Source of the DNA: a virus
Lineage: Duplodnaviria; Heunggongvirae; Uroviricota; Caudoviricetes
Reading direction: 5' to 3' (one strand)
DNA: 50,477 bases
IMG/VR virus record: IMGVR_UViG_2695420874_000004
Every line of letters starts with the position of its first letter. Position 1 is the first letter of the stretch. The translations under genes were made by a program, and so were the position numbers. Below the pieces are notes generated by a model. It did no database searches, was not told the DNA's origin, and saw nothing but the letters and a program-made list of their open reading frames with translations. Positions 28,146 through 38,135 of the stretch are shown here, in pieces.

Positions 28146-30587
28146 TTAATACAGGTTCCGCCACTTATCATCTTCCCGCAAACGCTGGTTCCGATAGAAG
28201 ATACGCAAGCCTGCTCCTGACGGAATACTGCCACCGCGAAGGAGCAAATCGACTTCTTTCTCGCTGCCATCAAATCCTCTGGACTTCAGTTCATAGACGA
28301 GCTGCTGATGCTGATGATCTGTAATTCGCTGTTTGTAGTCTTTACGCCGTTTCGGTTTCACCAAGCGCAACCTTGCTGCCAGCCCCCGGCGATCTTTTTT
28401 GCTCATACTGTGCAGGTAATCGTGCAATTCCTTGTCATCCATGCGGGTAATGTCCGTTCTGGTGCCCCCATCAGCTGATTTGTCTTTCCCTTGTTGGTAC
28501 AAATTTTCAGCAAGGGGACAGTTATTGCCACGAGTCCAAGGGGCGCAAGCGCCCTGGTCGGCTGCCGCCTCCTGAACGTCAACGGCTTTACGAACCATTT
28601 TCCACTTCACTGCATGAGTGCAGATCTTGCCCTCTGCAATGGGTGACCAGATGCCATAAATACGAATACCGTGATCGCCATAGGCGGTCGGCTCTTCGTT
28701 GATTTCATAAGCGGTTCTGATGAGGTGATATTTACGGGGAACCAGTACGCCGCCCTGCTTCATGATGTAGGTGGCAAAGCAACCAGCATCAGCTGCAGCC
28801 AGAATGGCATCAAGGCGCGGGTTATCCAGTACCGGCGCACCTGCTTTTTTGTCACCCTGTTGCCTTGCCGCCTGACCAGCCAGCAATCGCAGTTCACGGT
28901 AAGCCTGACGCCCCGGAATGCCAAAGAAGCGGAATTGCTGAACACGATGCAGAGACGCCCAGGCATTAACGTATTCAGCGTTATCACGCAGAGATTTACC
29001 CGTTTCCTTGCTGATCTCGCCAGCCAGACCACGCCCGTCAATGTTCTTACTGATATATTTCGCGATGTAGCTTGTCGGCGTTCCTTTACGCGGGTTAATC
29101 AACTCAGACTTAAAGCGCGGCCCAGTGTTATTGCCCAGCTCCTCGCGGTCTTCACGGATGGCAAACTTACGCAGTAATGCAGTGATGGCGCGGCGGTCTT
29201 TTTTGCGCATAAAACACAACAGGTGCCAGTGAACTGTACCGTCATGATGCGGCTCAGCCACCCGCACGCCATACCAGCGCAATCCGGCTTTGTGCATCGC
29301 CTTACGAAATGCAGCAAACATGCCGACCAGATAGTCGCTGCTTTGTCTTACCGTCGAGTTTGTCCAGGTCGGGTTGGGTCTGCCGTTATTGAGCGTGGAA
29401 TGGAAACGCGACGGACAGGTGATAGTGTAGAAAACGGCGCAGTCACTGCGCATTTCCGCGATAAGCTCCAGACCTTTAACACAGGCCATCATCTCATTGC
29501 GGCGATGCGCCGGGTTGCTGCTGCTGGCGTTTACCACATCTTCCATATCCAGCGTGTCGCCGTCTTCGTTCACCAGTTCATGAGAACGGAAAAACTCCAG
29601 CGACTTACGGCGCTGCTCACGTTTATGCATCACGGCTTCATAGCTGACATAGGGGGATGCTTTTTTGCTGACCAGGCAGACAGCACGCAACTGCTCTTCC
29701 CGCCATTCGCAACGCATCTTCCATAATTTCCGATACCACCAGTCGGCACACAACATACGCGCCAGCGAACCCGGAATGAGTTCATAGGGCACGGGTTTAC
29801 GGCGGTTTCTTTTCCGACGGAGTTGCTCAAACGCAGGCGGAATAACATCCAGACGCAGGGTTTCCGCTGCCACCTTTTCCCATGTTTTGCGGATTTCTTC
29901 TGGCTTAACGTCATCGGTGGCATACAAATCACCACAAGCGGCATCAAGGCACATGCTCATATGCGCAGCGACAAGGGTAGACAGGCGCTTCACCTGATCC
30001 TGACTCATTTCAGGCAGGATAAGCAGGCCATCCAGCCCTTCATGGCTTGCCATAAAGCGAAAAGAAGTGGATAGCTGACAGTCGCGGACATGCTCCAGTC
30101 GTTCCAGACATGGCTTAATCGTCTCACGCAAATAGCGGGAATAAGCCTTTGGCCTGCCCAGGCTGCTGAAATATTCAATACGTTGCATCAGCGGCTTGCT
30201 GATATGGGAAGGCTGGGCGTTGACGTCAGCCAGAATGACCATGTCTGGATTAAAACGCTGCTGCTCATGCGCCAGCTTTGCCCGGCTAATGAGCTTATCC
30301 TGCTCCATTTCGCGCTGGACAGGATCACGGGATTCATTAAAGAAATAACGCTCCCAGACCTGATCACTCAGTGCCTCGCGGCGCAGTTGTTCCTGCTCGT
30401 TATCGGCAGCGTACAGAGTGATCAGGTTTGAAAGTGCAGAAACCGGCGCAACTTCCGCCGGGTCCAGATAAGGGTTAATGGCCTTTTTTGGGCTGTTCCA
30501 TGAGAATGCTGCGGCGACCTCGTTAAAGCCGCTGCAGTTGTTCATATCAGCATGGCTCATGCACGCACTCCGTACACGGCGGAACAA
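28146..30587 (-). CDS. A: Replication initiation protein gpA-like (rolling-circle nickase)
   Basis: Large ORF with [15 protein letters not shown] and [12 protein letters not shown] motifs typical of P2 A; exact start uncertain (several Met codons overlap the dam stop). Confidence 0.9.
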   Translation of the reverse strand: MFRRVRSACMSHADMNNCSGFNEVAAAFSWNSPKKAINPYLDPAEVAPVSALSNLITLYAADNEQEQLRREALSDQVWERYFFNESRDPVQREMEQDKLISRAKLAHEQQRFNPDMVILADVNAQPSHISKPLMQRIEYFSSLGRPKAYSRYLRETIKPCLERLEHVRDCQLSTSFRFMASHEGLDGLLILPEMSQDQVKRLSTLVAAHMSMCLDAACGDLYATDDVKPEEIRKTWEKVAAETLRLDVIPPAFEQLRRKRNRRKPVPYELIPGSLARMLCADWWYRKLWKMRCEWREEQLRAVCLVSKKASPYVSYEAVMHKREQRRKSLEFFRSHELVNEDGDTLDMEDVVNASSSNPAHRRNEMMACVKGLELIAEMRSDCAVFYTITCPSRFHSTLNNGRPNPTWTNSTVRQSSDYLVGMFAAFRKAMHKAGLRWYGVRVAEPHHDGTVHWHLLCFMRKKDRRAITALLRKFAIREDREELGNNTGPRFKSELINPRKGTPTSYIAKYISKNIDGRGLAGEISKETGKSLRDNAEYVNAWASLHRVQQFRFFGIPGRQAYRELRLLAGQAARQQGDKKAGAPVLDNPRLDAILAAADAGCFATYIMKQGGVLVPRKYHLIRTAYEINEEPTAYGDHGIRIYGIWSPIAEGKICTHAVKWKMVRKAVDVQEAAADQGACAPWTRGNNCPLAENLYQQGKDKSADGGTRTDITRMDDKELHDYLHSMSKKDRRGLAARLRLVKPKRRKDYKQRITDHQHQQLVYELKSRGFDGSEKEVDLLLRGGSIPSGAGLRIFYRNQRLREDDKWRNLY

Positions 30588-31414
30588 TCCACGCCACGCG
30601 AAGGATCAAATCCTACCCAGCAGCGCGGCCCGGAAACAGCAATGATTTCTGTTGCAGATTTACTCTCACCAGCTGCCACGCCGATGCTGCGTTTTGCCTT
30701 GATGTAGTGGTGAGTAAAATTGCGATACAGCGAACGGATCAGGGATGTGTCACTGTTAGAAATAATGACCGGATATCCTTCTGATGACCGATGTTCAAGA
30801 ACAGATGCCAGGTGATACTGGTCATCTTCAGTGAAACCATCAGTGTGATAGCCTGAAAACGTACCGTCATAAGGCGGATCGCAATACACCACATCCCCCG
30901 CGTGCAACATCGCCAGCGTTTCATCGAAGCTGGCGCAGATAAACGTTGCCCGCTGGGCTTTTACTGCAAATGTACGAATTTCTTTTTCAGGAAAATACGG
31001 ATTTTTATAATTACCGTAGGGAATGTTGAAATGCCCGCTCTTGTTATAGCGACATAAACCACGGTAACCGTGACGATTGAGATACAGGAAATATATCGCT
31101 TTCATGAAATCAGTAATTTCAGTTGAGTAATTAAACTCCTTCCTTATGTTGTAATAATCCATCTCCCTGTTTGCGTTCTCAAATAAAACTCTGGCGCGAG
31201 ATATAAACGATTCACAATCAGCGGCAACCTTTTTATAGAGGTTGATTAAATCAGGATTAATATCCGCAACCAGATAGCTGGGATAATCCGTCTCCATCAT
31301 CACAGCACAGGAACCCGCGAAAGGTTCAACCAGTCGCGGGCCAGCAGGAAGATGTTTTTTCAGTTCGGACATTATGGCAGTTTTATTTCCCGCCCATTTC
31401 AGGATGGTGCTCAT
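30557..31414 (-). CDS. DNA adenine methyltransferase (Dam family, orphan)
   Basis: LKWAGNK near the N-terminus and DPPY motif; start at ATG overlapping the upstream stop (ATGA). Confidence 0.85.
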   Translation of the reverse strand: MSTILKWAGNKTAIMSELKKHLPAGPRLVEPFAGSCAVMMETDYPSYLVADINPDLINLYKKVAADCESFISRARVLFENANREMDYYNIRKEFNYSTEITDFMKAIYFLYLNRHGYRGLCRYNKSGHFNIPYGNYKNPYFPEKEIRTFAVKAQRATFICASFDETLAMLHAGDVVYCDPPYDGTFSGYHTDGFTEDDQYHLASVLEHRSSEGYPVIISNSDTSLIRSLYRNFTHHYIKAKRSIGVAAGESKSATEIIAVSGPRCWVGFDPSRGVDCSAVYGVRA

Positions 31415-31638
31415 ACAGCACCTCCGTTGTAATGTTTGCCTTTCAGCTCTGCGATTTCCTGACAGGTAATGCAAAGCTGCACACCCGGAATGGCACGGCG
31501 GCGTGCTGGCGGAATTGGCGCTTCACACTCAATGCAAAGCACGCGGGACACGCCCGGCGTTTTGGCACGGGCAGCACGGATATGGCGTTGGCGTTCTTCT
31601 TCAACGCGCTGCTGTACGAGATCCATTGCATCAGCCAT
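31411..31638 (-). CDS. TraR/DksA-family C4 zinc-finger protein
   Basis: CIECEAPIPPARRRAIPGVQLCITCQ: four-cysteine finger typical of the DksA/TraR family found in P2-like early regions. Confidence 0.7.
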   Translation of the reverse strand: MADAMDLVQQRVEEERQRHIRAARAKTPGVSRVLCIECEAPIPPARRRAIPGVQLCITCQEIAELKGKHYNGGAV

Positions 31639-31877
31639 TAGTGGATCTCCTGCGCTTCGTTCTGGATTGCTTCAGCAGTCACACGAAGCAGTTCTGCCGC
31701 TTCGACGTGGGTTAGCTGGCGGGATGTGATATGACACGCCAGGCTATCAAGGCGAGCTGCCATTGCTTCAGCCCTTGCCCGGCGTTCTTCCAGACGAGCC
31801 TCTGTCAGTAAAATATTTAGCCCTGCGTCATCCGGTCCGGTTTGGGTCGAGAGGGTTTCAATATTACGCATAATCAA
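31638..31877 (-). CDS. Hypothetical early-region protein
   Basis: 79-aa ORF on the same strand in the early operon. Confidence 0.5.
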   Translation of the reverse strand: MIMRNIETLSTQTGPDDAGLNILLTEARLEERRARAEAMAARLDSLACHITSRQLTHVEAAELLRVTAEAIQNEAQEIH

Positions 31878-31938
31878 TTCTCCTGAATTTAGATAAAGGG
31901 ATGCCCGGCGGGTTTACGCCATTAATTTCATTAGTTGG

Positions 31939-32280
31939 TTAATTCGGCATGGTTAGCCGTCTGGGAAATAAGCTCACCACTGCACGAAAATGATTCATTG
32001 CTTTAATCAACTCCCGCTTTTCGTCAGTGGTCAGCTCATTAATGCTGATGCTATGACGTTCAGCTGGAATTTTTGCCATAAAGAATATGGCAGCCAGTGC
32101 CCGTTTATTTTGTTCGCTATTAATATCGCGTAGATCACGCATATCTTTAATAAACCGCTCAAGCTCTGACTCAATATTCAGACCAAAAACTTTCGCCCTT
32201 AACTCCGCAATGTGATTAAGTCCATTCAGGCGTTCACCGGGGCCTAATGGAACAGTCGCCGCAGCGCCATTAATTGCCAT
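31939..32280 (-). CDS. Hypothetical early-region protein
   Basis: 113-aa ORF on the same strand in the early operon. Confidence 0.5.
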   Translation of the reverse strand: MAINGAAATVPLGPGERLNGLNHIAELRAKVFGLNIESELERFIKDMRDLRDINSEQNKRALAAIFFMAKIPAERHSISINELTTDEKRELIKAMNHFRAVVSLFPRRLTMPN

Positions 32281-32302
32281 AATTCATATTCCCAAAACGC
32301 AA

Positions 32303-32527
32303 CTATCGCTCTTTGTTCTTACGGTAACGCTCAAGAGGAGATATATTTTTTCGTATCATCTCTTTAACCTGCTCTCCCCGTAAAAACGTCCCATCCTTTA
32401 GCGTGAAAAAGTAACTGCCATCGCCCGACAACGACGGATAACAACAGAGCAAATCATCTTCAGATACTGAATAACTCTCCCCTCTGTAACGAAACTGATA
32501 AACCACTTCACTTTCCGCTGCATACAT
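32303..32527 (-). CDS. Hypothetical early-region protein
   Basis: 74-aa ORF; overlaps an alternative-frame ORF, so the call is tentative. Confidence 0.4.
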   Translation of the reverse strand: MYAAESEVVYQFRYRGESYSVSEDDLLCCYPSLSGDGSYFFTLKDGTFLRGEQVKEMIRKNISPLERYRKNKER

Positions 32528-32701
32528 TTTGACTTTCTCCGTTTCCCCGTGGTCAATTCAGACAGCAATTCATCTTGTGAACGGCACGGATGCCAGCGTT
32601 TACCATCCTCACCCATGATCCAGCCGTGACCGTAGTGCATTGCCGGACTTTGTTTTACCAGCAGCGATGCAAATGATGGTTCTTTCGTCAGCATAAGCAC
32701 C

Positions 32702-33211
32702 TCACAGCAATCCGAATGAAGCACCGAGGCCAGTTACGGTATCAACTGCACTTGCCATCGCAGGATTAGCCTGTAAACGGGCCTGCAATGAAACAGCAGC
32801 CAGCGCCATCAGTCGTGTAACAGAGTTAATGCTGCTGATCGCATCACGACGGCCTGCACTGGTTTTTACATCGCCAGAAACCGCACCAGCCGCGACACGC
32901 CCTATCTCTGCAGTTGCACTCATGACGTAATGCGGCAGTTTCTCTTTTGCCACCTCATTAATCGGAACACATGGCAGACAATGAATCTGTGCCAGAAAAC
33001 CATCTACCAGCGTTGAATCTTCAGTCAGATCGGTAAGTAGCCAGATATCTCGTGCAGTGAGCTGATGCGGTTGTTCCGGGTTCAGCTTGTTACGCAGCGT
33101 CTGGACGTTCATTCCCGCGAGTTCTGCTAGCTTCGCCATATTGTGACGTAGTGCAAAAGCTCTACAGGCTTCATCAAAATGCGGATGTTTGGAAATCTTG
33201 TAATCAAACAT
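32702..33211 (-). CDS. B: Replication protein gpB-like
   Basis: 169-aa ORF recognised as P2 B-like, downstream of the cox-like gene. Confidence 0.8.
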   Translation of the reverse strand: MFDYKISKHPHFDEACRAFALRHNMAKLAELAGMNVQTLRNKLNPEQPHQLTARDIWLLTDLTEDSTLVDGFLAQIHCLPCVPINEVAKEKLPHYVMSATAEIGRVAAGAVSGDVKTSAGRRDAISSINSVTRLMALAAVSLQARLQANPAMASAVDTVTGLGASFGLL

Positions 33212-33243
33212 GGTGCTCCCTTAGAAAGTTCCCATAATTGAAA

Positions 33244-33486
33244 TTACTTACCAACAATGACGCGGAAGTTAGAATGACCGAGGGATTCACGGACCTGATC
33301 AGTTTTGTACATTAGATAACGCAGGCTTACGCGGCCTTTGTTTTTTTCTTTCTTGACCATGTACTTAGCGAGTTGACCATGGTGAATTTTTTGGTAAACA
33401 GACCCGCGGGAAATCCCTTCCCATTCAGCGAATTCAGCAGGCGTAGCCATCTCTTTTGGTACACGAATTGAAATATCTGTGCTCAT
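33244..33486 (-). CDS. Cox/Apl-like excisionase and transcriptional regulator
   Basis: 80-aa protein transcribed divergently from the repressor gene, at the Cox/Apl position; assignment positional, sequence diverged. Confidence 0.55.
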   Translation of the reverse strand: MSTDISIRVPKEMATPAEFAEWEGISRGSVYQKIHHGQLAKYMVKKEKNKGRVSLRYLMYKTDQVRESLGHSNFRVIVGK

Positions 33487-33532
33487 AGTGCAGTATCTCT
33501 TGGTTTAAGCTCGTTTTATGATGTTTAACCCC

Positions 33533-33559
33533 AACTTCTAAACTCTCATATTAGAAGTT
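33533..33559. promoter_or_regulatory. Candidate operator: perfect 9-bp inverted repeat in the lysis-lysogeny switch region
   Basis: AACTTCTAA-N9-TTAGAAGTT between the divergent cox-like and CI-like genes. Confidence 0.4.
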
Positions 33560-33588
33560 AAATACAAAAATACGATCTCGTTATTGGA

Positions 33589-34239
33589 TTGTCAAATGGA
33601 GAGTTCATCTTGAAGATTAATACAGGTGCAAATACGGGAGGGAGAGAGACCATCAAAAGGCTGATGACAGCCTATGGTTTCAACACTCAGATAGCGTTGG
33701 TTGAACACCTCGAAGCATCAAAAAGCACCATGGCAAACAGGATGTTACGTGATAGCTTCCCTGCTGACTGGGTTATTCAATGTGCCCTTGAAACAGGTAT
33801 TTCTCTTCTTTGGCTGACAACGGGCCAAGGGGAAATGTATCCTCAAACAGAAGAAAAAAATAAGTTCAAAAACGAGAGTTCACCTACAGTTCGCCCCCTT
33901 TCAAAGATAGTTATCCCATCAGTAAGGCAGGCAACTATTGAGAACGGAACTCTCGAAGAGATGGGGGATGTTTTCCTTGATCAGACTTTGATACCCGGAA
34001 AAGCCGAATATTGTTTGTACGTCAAAGCTAACGACGGCAATTACATTGTTGATACATCAACAAAACAGCTTAGTAACGGAATTTGGCTCATAGACATCGA
34101 CGGTATGAAAAACATCGTCAAAATTGCGCGCATACCTGGAAACAAAATAGTAGTTAACCAAGATGACACGTCATTTGAATGTTCTGTAGATGATGTGGAA
34201 GTCGTAGGACGTGCAGTCAAAGTAATCAAGAACCTCTAA
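33589..34239 (+). CDS. CI-type immunity repressor (phage 186 CI-like)
   Basis: ...AYGFNTQIALVEHLEASKSTMANRM...CALETGISLLWLTTGQGE parallels the 186 CI N-terminal DNA-binding region as I recall it. Confidence 0.8.
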   Translation: MSNGEFILKINTGANTGGRETIKRLMTAYGFNTQIALVEHLEASKSTMANRMLRDSFPADWVIQCALETGISLLWLTTGQGEMYPQTEEKNKFKNESSPTVRPLSKIVIPSVRQATIENGTLEEMGDVFLDQTLIPGKAEYCLYVKANDGNYIVDTSTKQLSNGIWLIDIDGMKNIVKIARIPGNKIVVNQDDTSFECSVDDVEVVGRAVKVIKNL

Positions 34240-34242
34240 CTT

Positions 34243-35262
34243 ATGACCATAAGAAAACAGCCGAACGGAAAATGGTTGTGTGAGTGCTATCCCAATGGAC
34301 GCAATGGTAAGCGCGTGCGTAAGCAATTTGCTACCAAAGGCGAAGCTATTGCATTTGAAAGCTTCACAATGGAAGAAGTGAACAAAAAACCATGGCTGGG
34401 GGAAAAGGAAGATCGGCGACATTTATCAGAATTAATTGAGCTGTGGTATTCCCTGTATGGTCAAACACTCACAGACCCCAAGCGCCTCATGGCGAAACTT
34501 AGTATTATCTGTAATGGTCTAGGCGATCCCATCGCTTCAGAACTGACAGCCGGTGACTTTACGAAATACCGCGAAGCACGGTTAAAAGGTGAAGTACGAA
34601 ATGAAGATGGCACGCTTATGTCGCCCGTTAAGCCCCGCACGGTAAACCTTGAACAGCGCAATCTATCATCTGTTTTTGGTACACTGAAAAAGCTGGGCCA
34701 CTGGTCAGCCCCCAACCCGCTTGCCGGGCTGCCAACATTTAAAATTGCTGAGAGTGAATTGGCGTTCCTGACCCCGGAAGAAATTAAACGTCTGCTGGAT
34801 GCCTGTGCTGATTCTCAAAGCTCTAGTCTGCTGACGGTTGCAAAAATATGTCTGGCCACCGGCGCGAGATGGAGTGAAGCCGAAAACCTGCAGGGCCATC
34901 AATTATCAAAATACCGGATCACTTACACCAAAACTAAAGGCAAGAAAAACCGAACCGTACCGATATCTCAGGAGCTATATGAAGAACTCCCCAAAAACAG
35001 AGGGAAACTATTCACGCCCTGCAGAAAAGCTTTTGAGCGCGCAGTAAAACGAGCCGGTATAGACCTGCCTGAAGGCCAGTGCACACACGTGTTGCGCCAT
35101 ACATTCGCCAGTCACTTCATGATGAATGGCGGAAACATATTGGTACTACGCGATATTCTTGGTCACTCTGATATAAAAATGACGATGGTTTATGCTCATT
35201 TTTCGCCAGATCATTTAGAAGATGCTGTAACAAAAAATCCACTGGCTATGTTGGGATACTGA
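34243..35262 (+). CDS. int: Tyrosine integrase (P2/186 Int family)
   Basis: 339 aa with C-terminal HVLRHTFASHFMMNGG...LGHSDIKMTMVYAHF catalytic box (R...H-x-x-R...Y). Confidence 0.92.
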   Translation: MTIRKQPNGKWLCECYPNGRNGKRVRKQFATKGEAIAFESFTMEEVNKKPWLGEKEDRRHLSELIELWYSLYGQTLTDPKRLMAKLSIICNGLGDPIASELTAGDFTKYREARLKGEVRNEDGTLMSPVKPRTVNLEQRNLSSVFGTLKKLGHWSAPNPLAGLPTFKIAESELAFLTPEEIKRLLDACADSQSSSLLTVAKICLATGARWSEAENLQGHQLSKYRITYTKTKGKKNRTVPISQELYEELPKNRGKLFTPCRKAFERAVKRAGIDLPEGQCTHVLRHTFASHFMMNGGNILVLRDILGHSDIKMTMVYAHFSPDHLEDAVTKNPLAMLGY

Positions 35263-35264
35263 TA

Positions 35265-36296
35265 ATGGAAAAAAGCATTAGCACATTTATGTACCTATCC
35301 GTTTTATTAGGTTGTATATTCTTATTTATAAAATATCGACTTTATGTTCTCGATCATAGAAGCTTGTTCCAACAACCCTTGTTCTGGGCTGCAATAGGCC
35401 TACCTTTATTCACCAGCCTTTACTTTGGTTCTTTTGTCTGGATAGATAAAATACACTCTTTTAGTCTTACAAGTCACGGTTATGAGAGATTTTTAGATAT
35501 CTCGAAATTACCATTACTCATCCTTGCATCTGCAGTACCTTTAGTTTCAATAGTAAACAACCTACACAGAACCAAACAAACAGAAAAACAGATCTCAGAG
35601 GCAGAAAGGAAAAACAGGGTAGATTTATATTACAACCACATGAAATTTCATCTTGATTTATATAAAAAAATCGAAGGGAAAAGAATAGGCAGCTACTACC
35701 CGGTTCAGGAAGCTCAAGCTGAAGCAATCTACCAACATTTTATAAAACATCCACAAGAACTATATAGAAAAGCATACCCACAATCTACGCCTGATGATTC
35801 TCAACAATTAGATATTAATGAGCAATTTGTTATTGATTTACACAAATGTTGGGTAGAAATCAACGCAAGACTCAAGCAATTATCCGAGAGTGAAAATCAA
35901 ATACATCCTACAGAGGAACTTTGCACAACAAAGATGAGAATATTTGTAGGAGTTATGATTATTTATGAAAAAACTTGTAAACTGTTGTGTTTAGGTGGAT
36001 TTCATTATAAAAAGTCATTTGTAATAAATGATAGTTATAATAAATACCAAGTTTATTCACCATTTTATGATTTTGGCACTCTGTACGAATCACTGCAATC
36101 CTTAGAAGAGATAACCTACGCCTTCTTGGATACTTGCAGAAATGAAGTGGTAAACTTGTACTTCCCTATAGAAGATAAAATTTTGATATATGGTGAAGGG
36201 ATTCTAGAGAATTGGTTCAAGTATTCTCAGTTCTTGATCACTATAGCTTATCAACCCGCCAAGATGTCTCGCTTACCCCAGCTGAGACGCGATTGA
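35265..36296 (+). CDS. Hypothetical membrane-anchored cargo protein between int and attR
   Basis: 343-aa AT-rich ORF starting 2 bp after the int stop; two N-terminal hydrophobic helices (LSVLLGCIFLFI, LFWAAIGLPLFTSLYFGSFVW) and a large soluble C-terminal part. Confidence 0.65.
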   Translation: MEKSISTFMYLSVLLGCIFLFIKYRLYVLDHRSLFQQPLFWAAIGLPLFTSLYFGSFVWIDKIHSFSLTSHGYERFLDISKLPLLILASAVPLVSIVNNLHRTKQTEKQISEAERKNRVDLYYNHMKFHLDLYKKIEGKRIGSYYPVQEAQAEAIYQHFIKHPQELYRKAYPQSTPDDSQQLDINEQFVIDLHKCWVEINARLKQLSESENQIHPTEELCTTKMRIFVGVMIIYEKTCKLLCLGGFHYKKSFVINDSYNKYQVYSPFYDFGTLYESLQSLEEITYAFLDTCRNEVVNLYFPIEDKILIYGEGILENWFKYSQFLITIAYQPAKMSRLPQLRRD

Positions 36297-36412
36297 TGAT
36301 GGCGACATTTTGGCGGCAGAGCTTTAAAAACAGATAAAACTGTCAAACACCACATAACACTAACGTATTGTTTTTAAAAATAAATCATTATTTTTTCTGT
36401 AGTAAAAATGGT

Positions 36413-36457
36413 ATGTAGGAATTTCGGACGCGGGTTCAACTCCCGCCAGCTCCACCA
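36413..36457. repeat. attR of the P2-like prophage / attL of the downstream island: partial ssrA 3' end
   Basis: Exact 45-bp copy of 1016..1060. Confidence 0.75.
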
Positions 36458-36582
36458 ATTTTTGATATATTGAAGTTCAGTGAAGTCTATCAAGCCCGCA
36501 TGGAACCAGCCTTGCGGGCTTTTTTACGTCTATAGTAGTCTACCGAGAATTGCTAGAATCTACTCGTTATGGCACCCTTTTT

Positions 36583-36627
36583 GGGACCCAACACAAAGGG
36601 TCCAAAACATGAGGGTCCCAAACATGG
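36583..36627. repeat. Three tandem 15-bp imperfect repeats overlapping the island integrase start codon
   Basis: GGGACCCAACACAAA / GGGTCCAAAACATGA / GGGTCCCAAACATGG in direct succession; the third contains the int ATG. Confidence 0.4.
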
Positions 36628-37853
36628 CAAAAATCGCTAAGAAGCTCACTGACACTGAAATCAAAAGCACCAAACCTGCCGAGAAAGAGGTTAACCTTTT
36701 TGACGGCGATGGTTTGCTCCTGCGAATCGCCCCCTTAGCGAAGGGAGGAAAGAAAAATTGGTATTTCAGATATGCAGTGCCTGTGACCAAAAAGCGAACT
36801 AAGGTGAGCTTAGGAACCTATCCTCACCTTACACTTGCGAAGGCACGAGCTTTACGTGATGAGTACTTGTCGTTGCTTGCAAATGGTATAGACCCACAAG
36901 TTCATAACACCCACAAAGCCAATGCCCTTAAGGATGCAACGGAACATACATTTCAAGCAGTAGCCAAGAAGTGGCTTGATGAGAAAGTCAAAACGTCAGG
37001 CATCTCCCAGGATCATGCTAACGACATCTGGCGAAGCCTAGAGAGAAATATCTTTCCAACGTTGGGTGATACCCCCATTAAGGAGATTCGCCCTAAAATG
37101 CTTAAACAGCATTTAGACCCCATAGAAAAACGAGGTGTCCTTGAAACACTTCGCCGCGTCATATCCCGCCTGAATGAAATTTTCCGCTATGCAGCAACAG
37201 AAGAACTCATAGAATTCAATCCGGCTGACAACCTGGGGCAACGGTTCAGCAAGCCAAAAAAACAGAATATGCCAGCATTACCCCCTTCCGAACTCCCCCG
37301 CTTCCTGGTTGCTCTAAACAATGCTTCTATCCGTTTAGAAACAAGGCTACTGATTGAGTGGCAACTTCTCACATGGGTTCGCCCTGGTGAAGCTGTTCGC
37401 ACAAGATGGTCAGATATTGATATAGAAACCAGCATGTGGAACATCCCGGCGGAGTTTATGAAAATGAAGAAGCCTCACAAAGTTCCACTGAGCAAAGAAT
37501 CTTTGCGAGTCTTGGATTCAATGAAAGCCATCAGCGGGCATAGAGAGTGGGTTTTTCCCAGTATCAAAGCTCCACTCAATCACATGCATGAACAAACAGC
37601 TAATGCGGCTATAATCCGTATGGGCTTCGGAGGTGAGCTTGTAGCTCATGGTATGCGATCAATCGCTAGAACGGCGGCTGAGGAGTGTGGCAAGTTTAGA
37701 ACTGATGTCTTAGAAGCCGCCCTTGCCCACTCGAAAAAAGATGAAATAATTGCAGCCTACAATCGTGCAGAGTATCTCACAGAACGTGTGGTTCTCATGC
37801 AATGGTGGAGTGACTATGTTTCGTCTCAAAAATACAAAGTTATTGCCGCATAA
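36624..37853 (+). CDS. P4-type tyrosine integrase (CP4-57 IntA-like)
   Basis: N-terminal LTDTEIKSTKP...GDGLLLRIAP...WYFRY arm-binding region and blocks DIWRSLERNIFP, QKKNMPAL, AHGMRSIARTA, EAALAH, AYNRAEYL, MQWWSDYV shared with IntA as I recall it. Confidence 0.9.
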   Translation: MAKIAKKLTDTEIKSTKPAEKEVNLFDGDGLLLRIAPLAKGGKKNWYFRYAVPVTKKRTKVSLGTYPHLTLAKARALRDEYLSLLANGIDPQVHNTHKANALKDATEHTFQAVAKKWLDEKVKTSGISQDHANDIWRSLERNIFPTLGDTPIKEIRPKMLKQHLDPIEKRGVLETLRRVISRLNEIFRYAATEELIEFNPADNLGQRFSKPKKQNMPALPPSELPRFLVALNNASIRLETRLLIEWQLLTWVRPGEAVRTRWSDIDIETSMWNIPAEFMKMKKPHKVPLSKESLRVLDSMKAISGHREWVFPSIKAPLNHMHEQTANAAIIRMGFGGELVAHGMRSIARTAAEECGKFRTDVLEAALAHSKKDEIIAAYNRAEYLTERVVLMQWWSDYVSSQKYKVIAA

Positions 37854-38135
37854 CTCTTCCATGATGGGTTAACTATCTTGATTTATTTGAAGAATTAATG
37901 ATCACACCATTAACCTATGTGGACTAAGCATAGCCATTTACAAATGGGTACCTTGAGGCCACATAACGAAAGCTGTCGGTCATATCAGCTAAATAATTCA
38001 CATCTCTTCTCGATTATCATACACCTCGAAGAACTACCAAATTCGCTCTAATCAATGATAAAACAGTTGAATTCGGTTAAAATTTGATCAATTTTATCCT
38101 CTACATTGTATTGAATCATCCATGAGGTTTTGTGC

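Larger units (their letters stand above)
1061..36457. mobile_element. P2/186-family temperate prophage integrated at ssrA (about 35.4 kb)
   Basis: Bounded by the ssrA 3' end and its 45-bp direct repeat; gene order ogr-D-U-T-E-FII-FI-(invertase/fibre)-H-I-J-W-V-S-R-lysis-X-L-M-N-O/P-Q-cos-A-B-cox-CI-int matches the P2 prophage map; tyrosine integrase next to the right repeat. Confidence 0.9.

Noticed and set aside
32398-32724. 108-aa ORF overlapping the 74-aa ORF at 32303..32527 in a different frame
   Set aside because: The two cannot both be complete; I kept the shorter non-overlapping one with low confidence and left the other unannotated.
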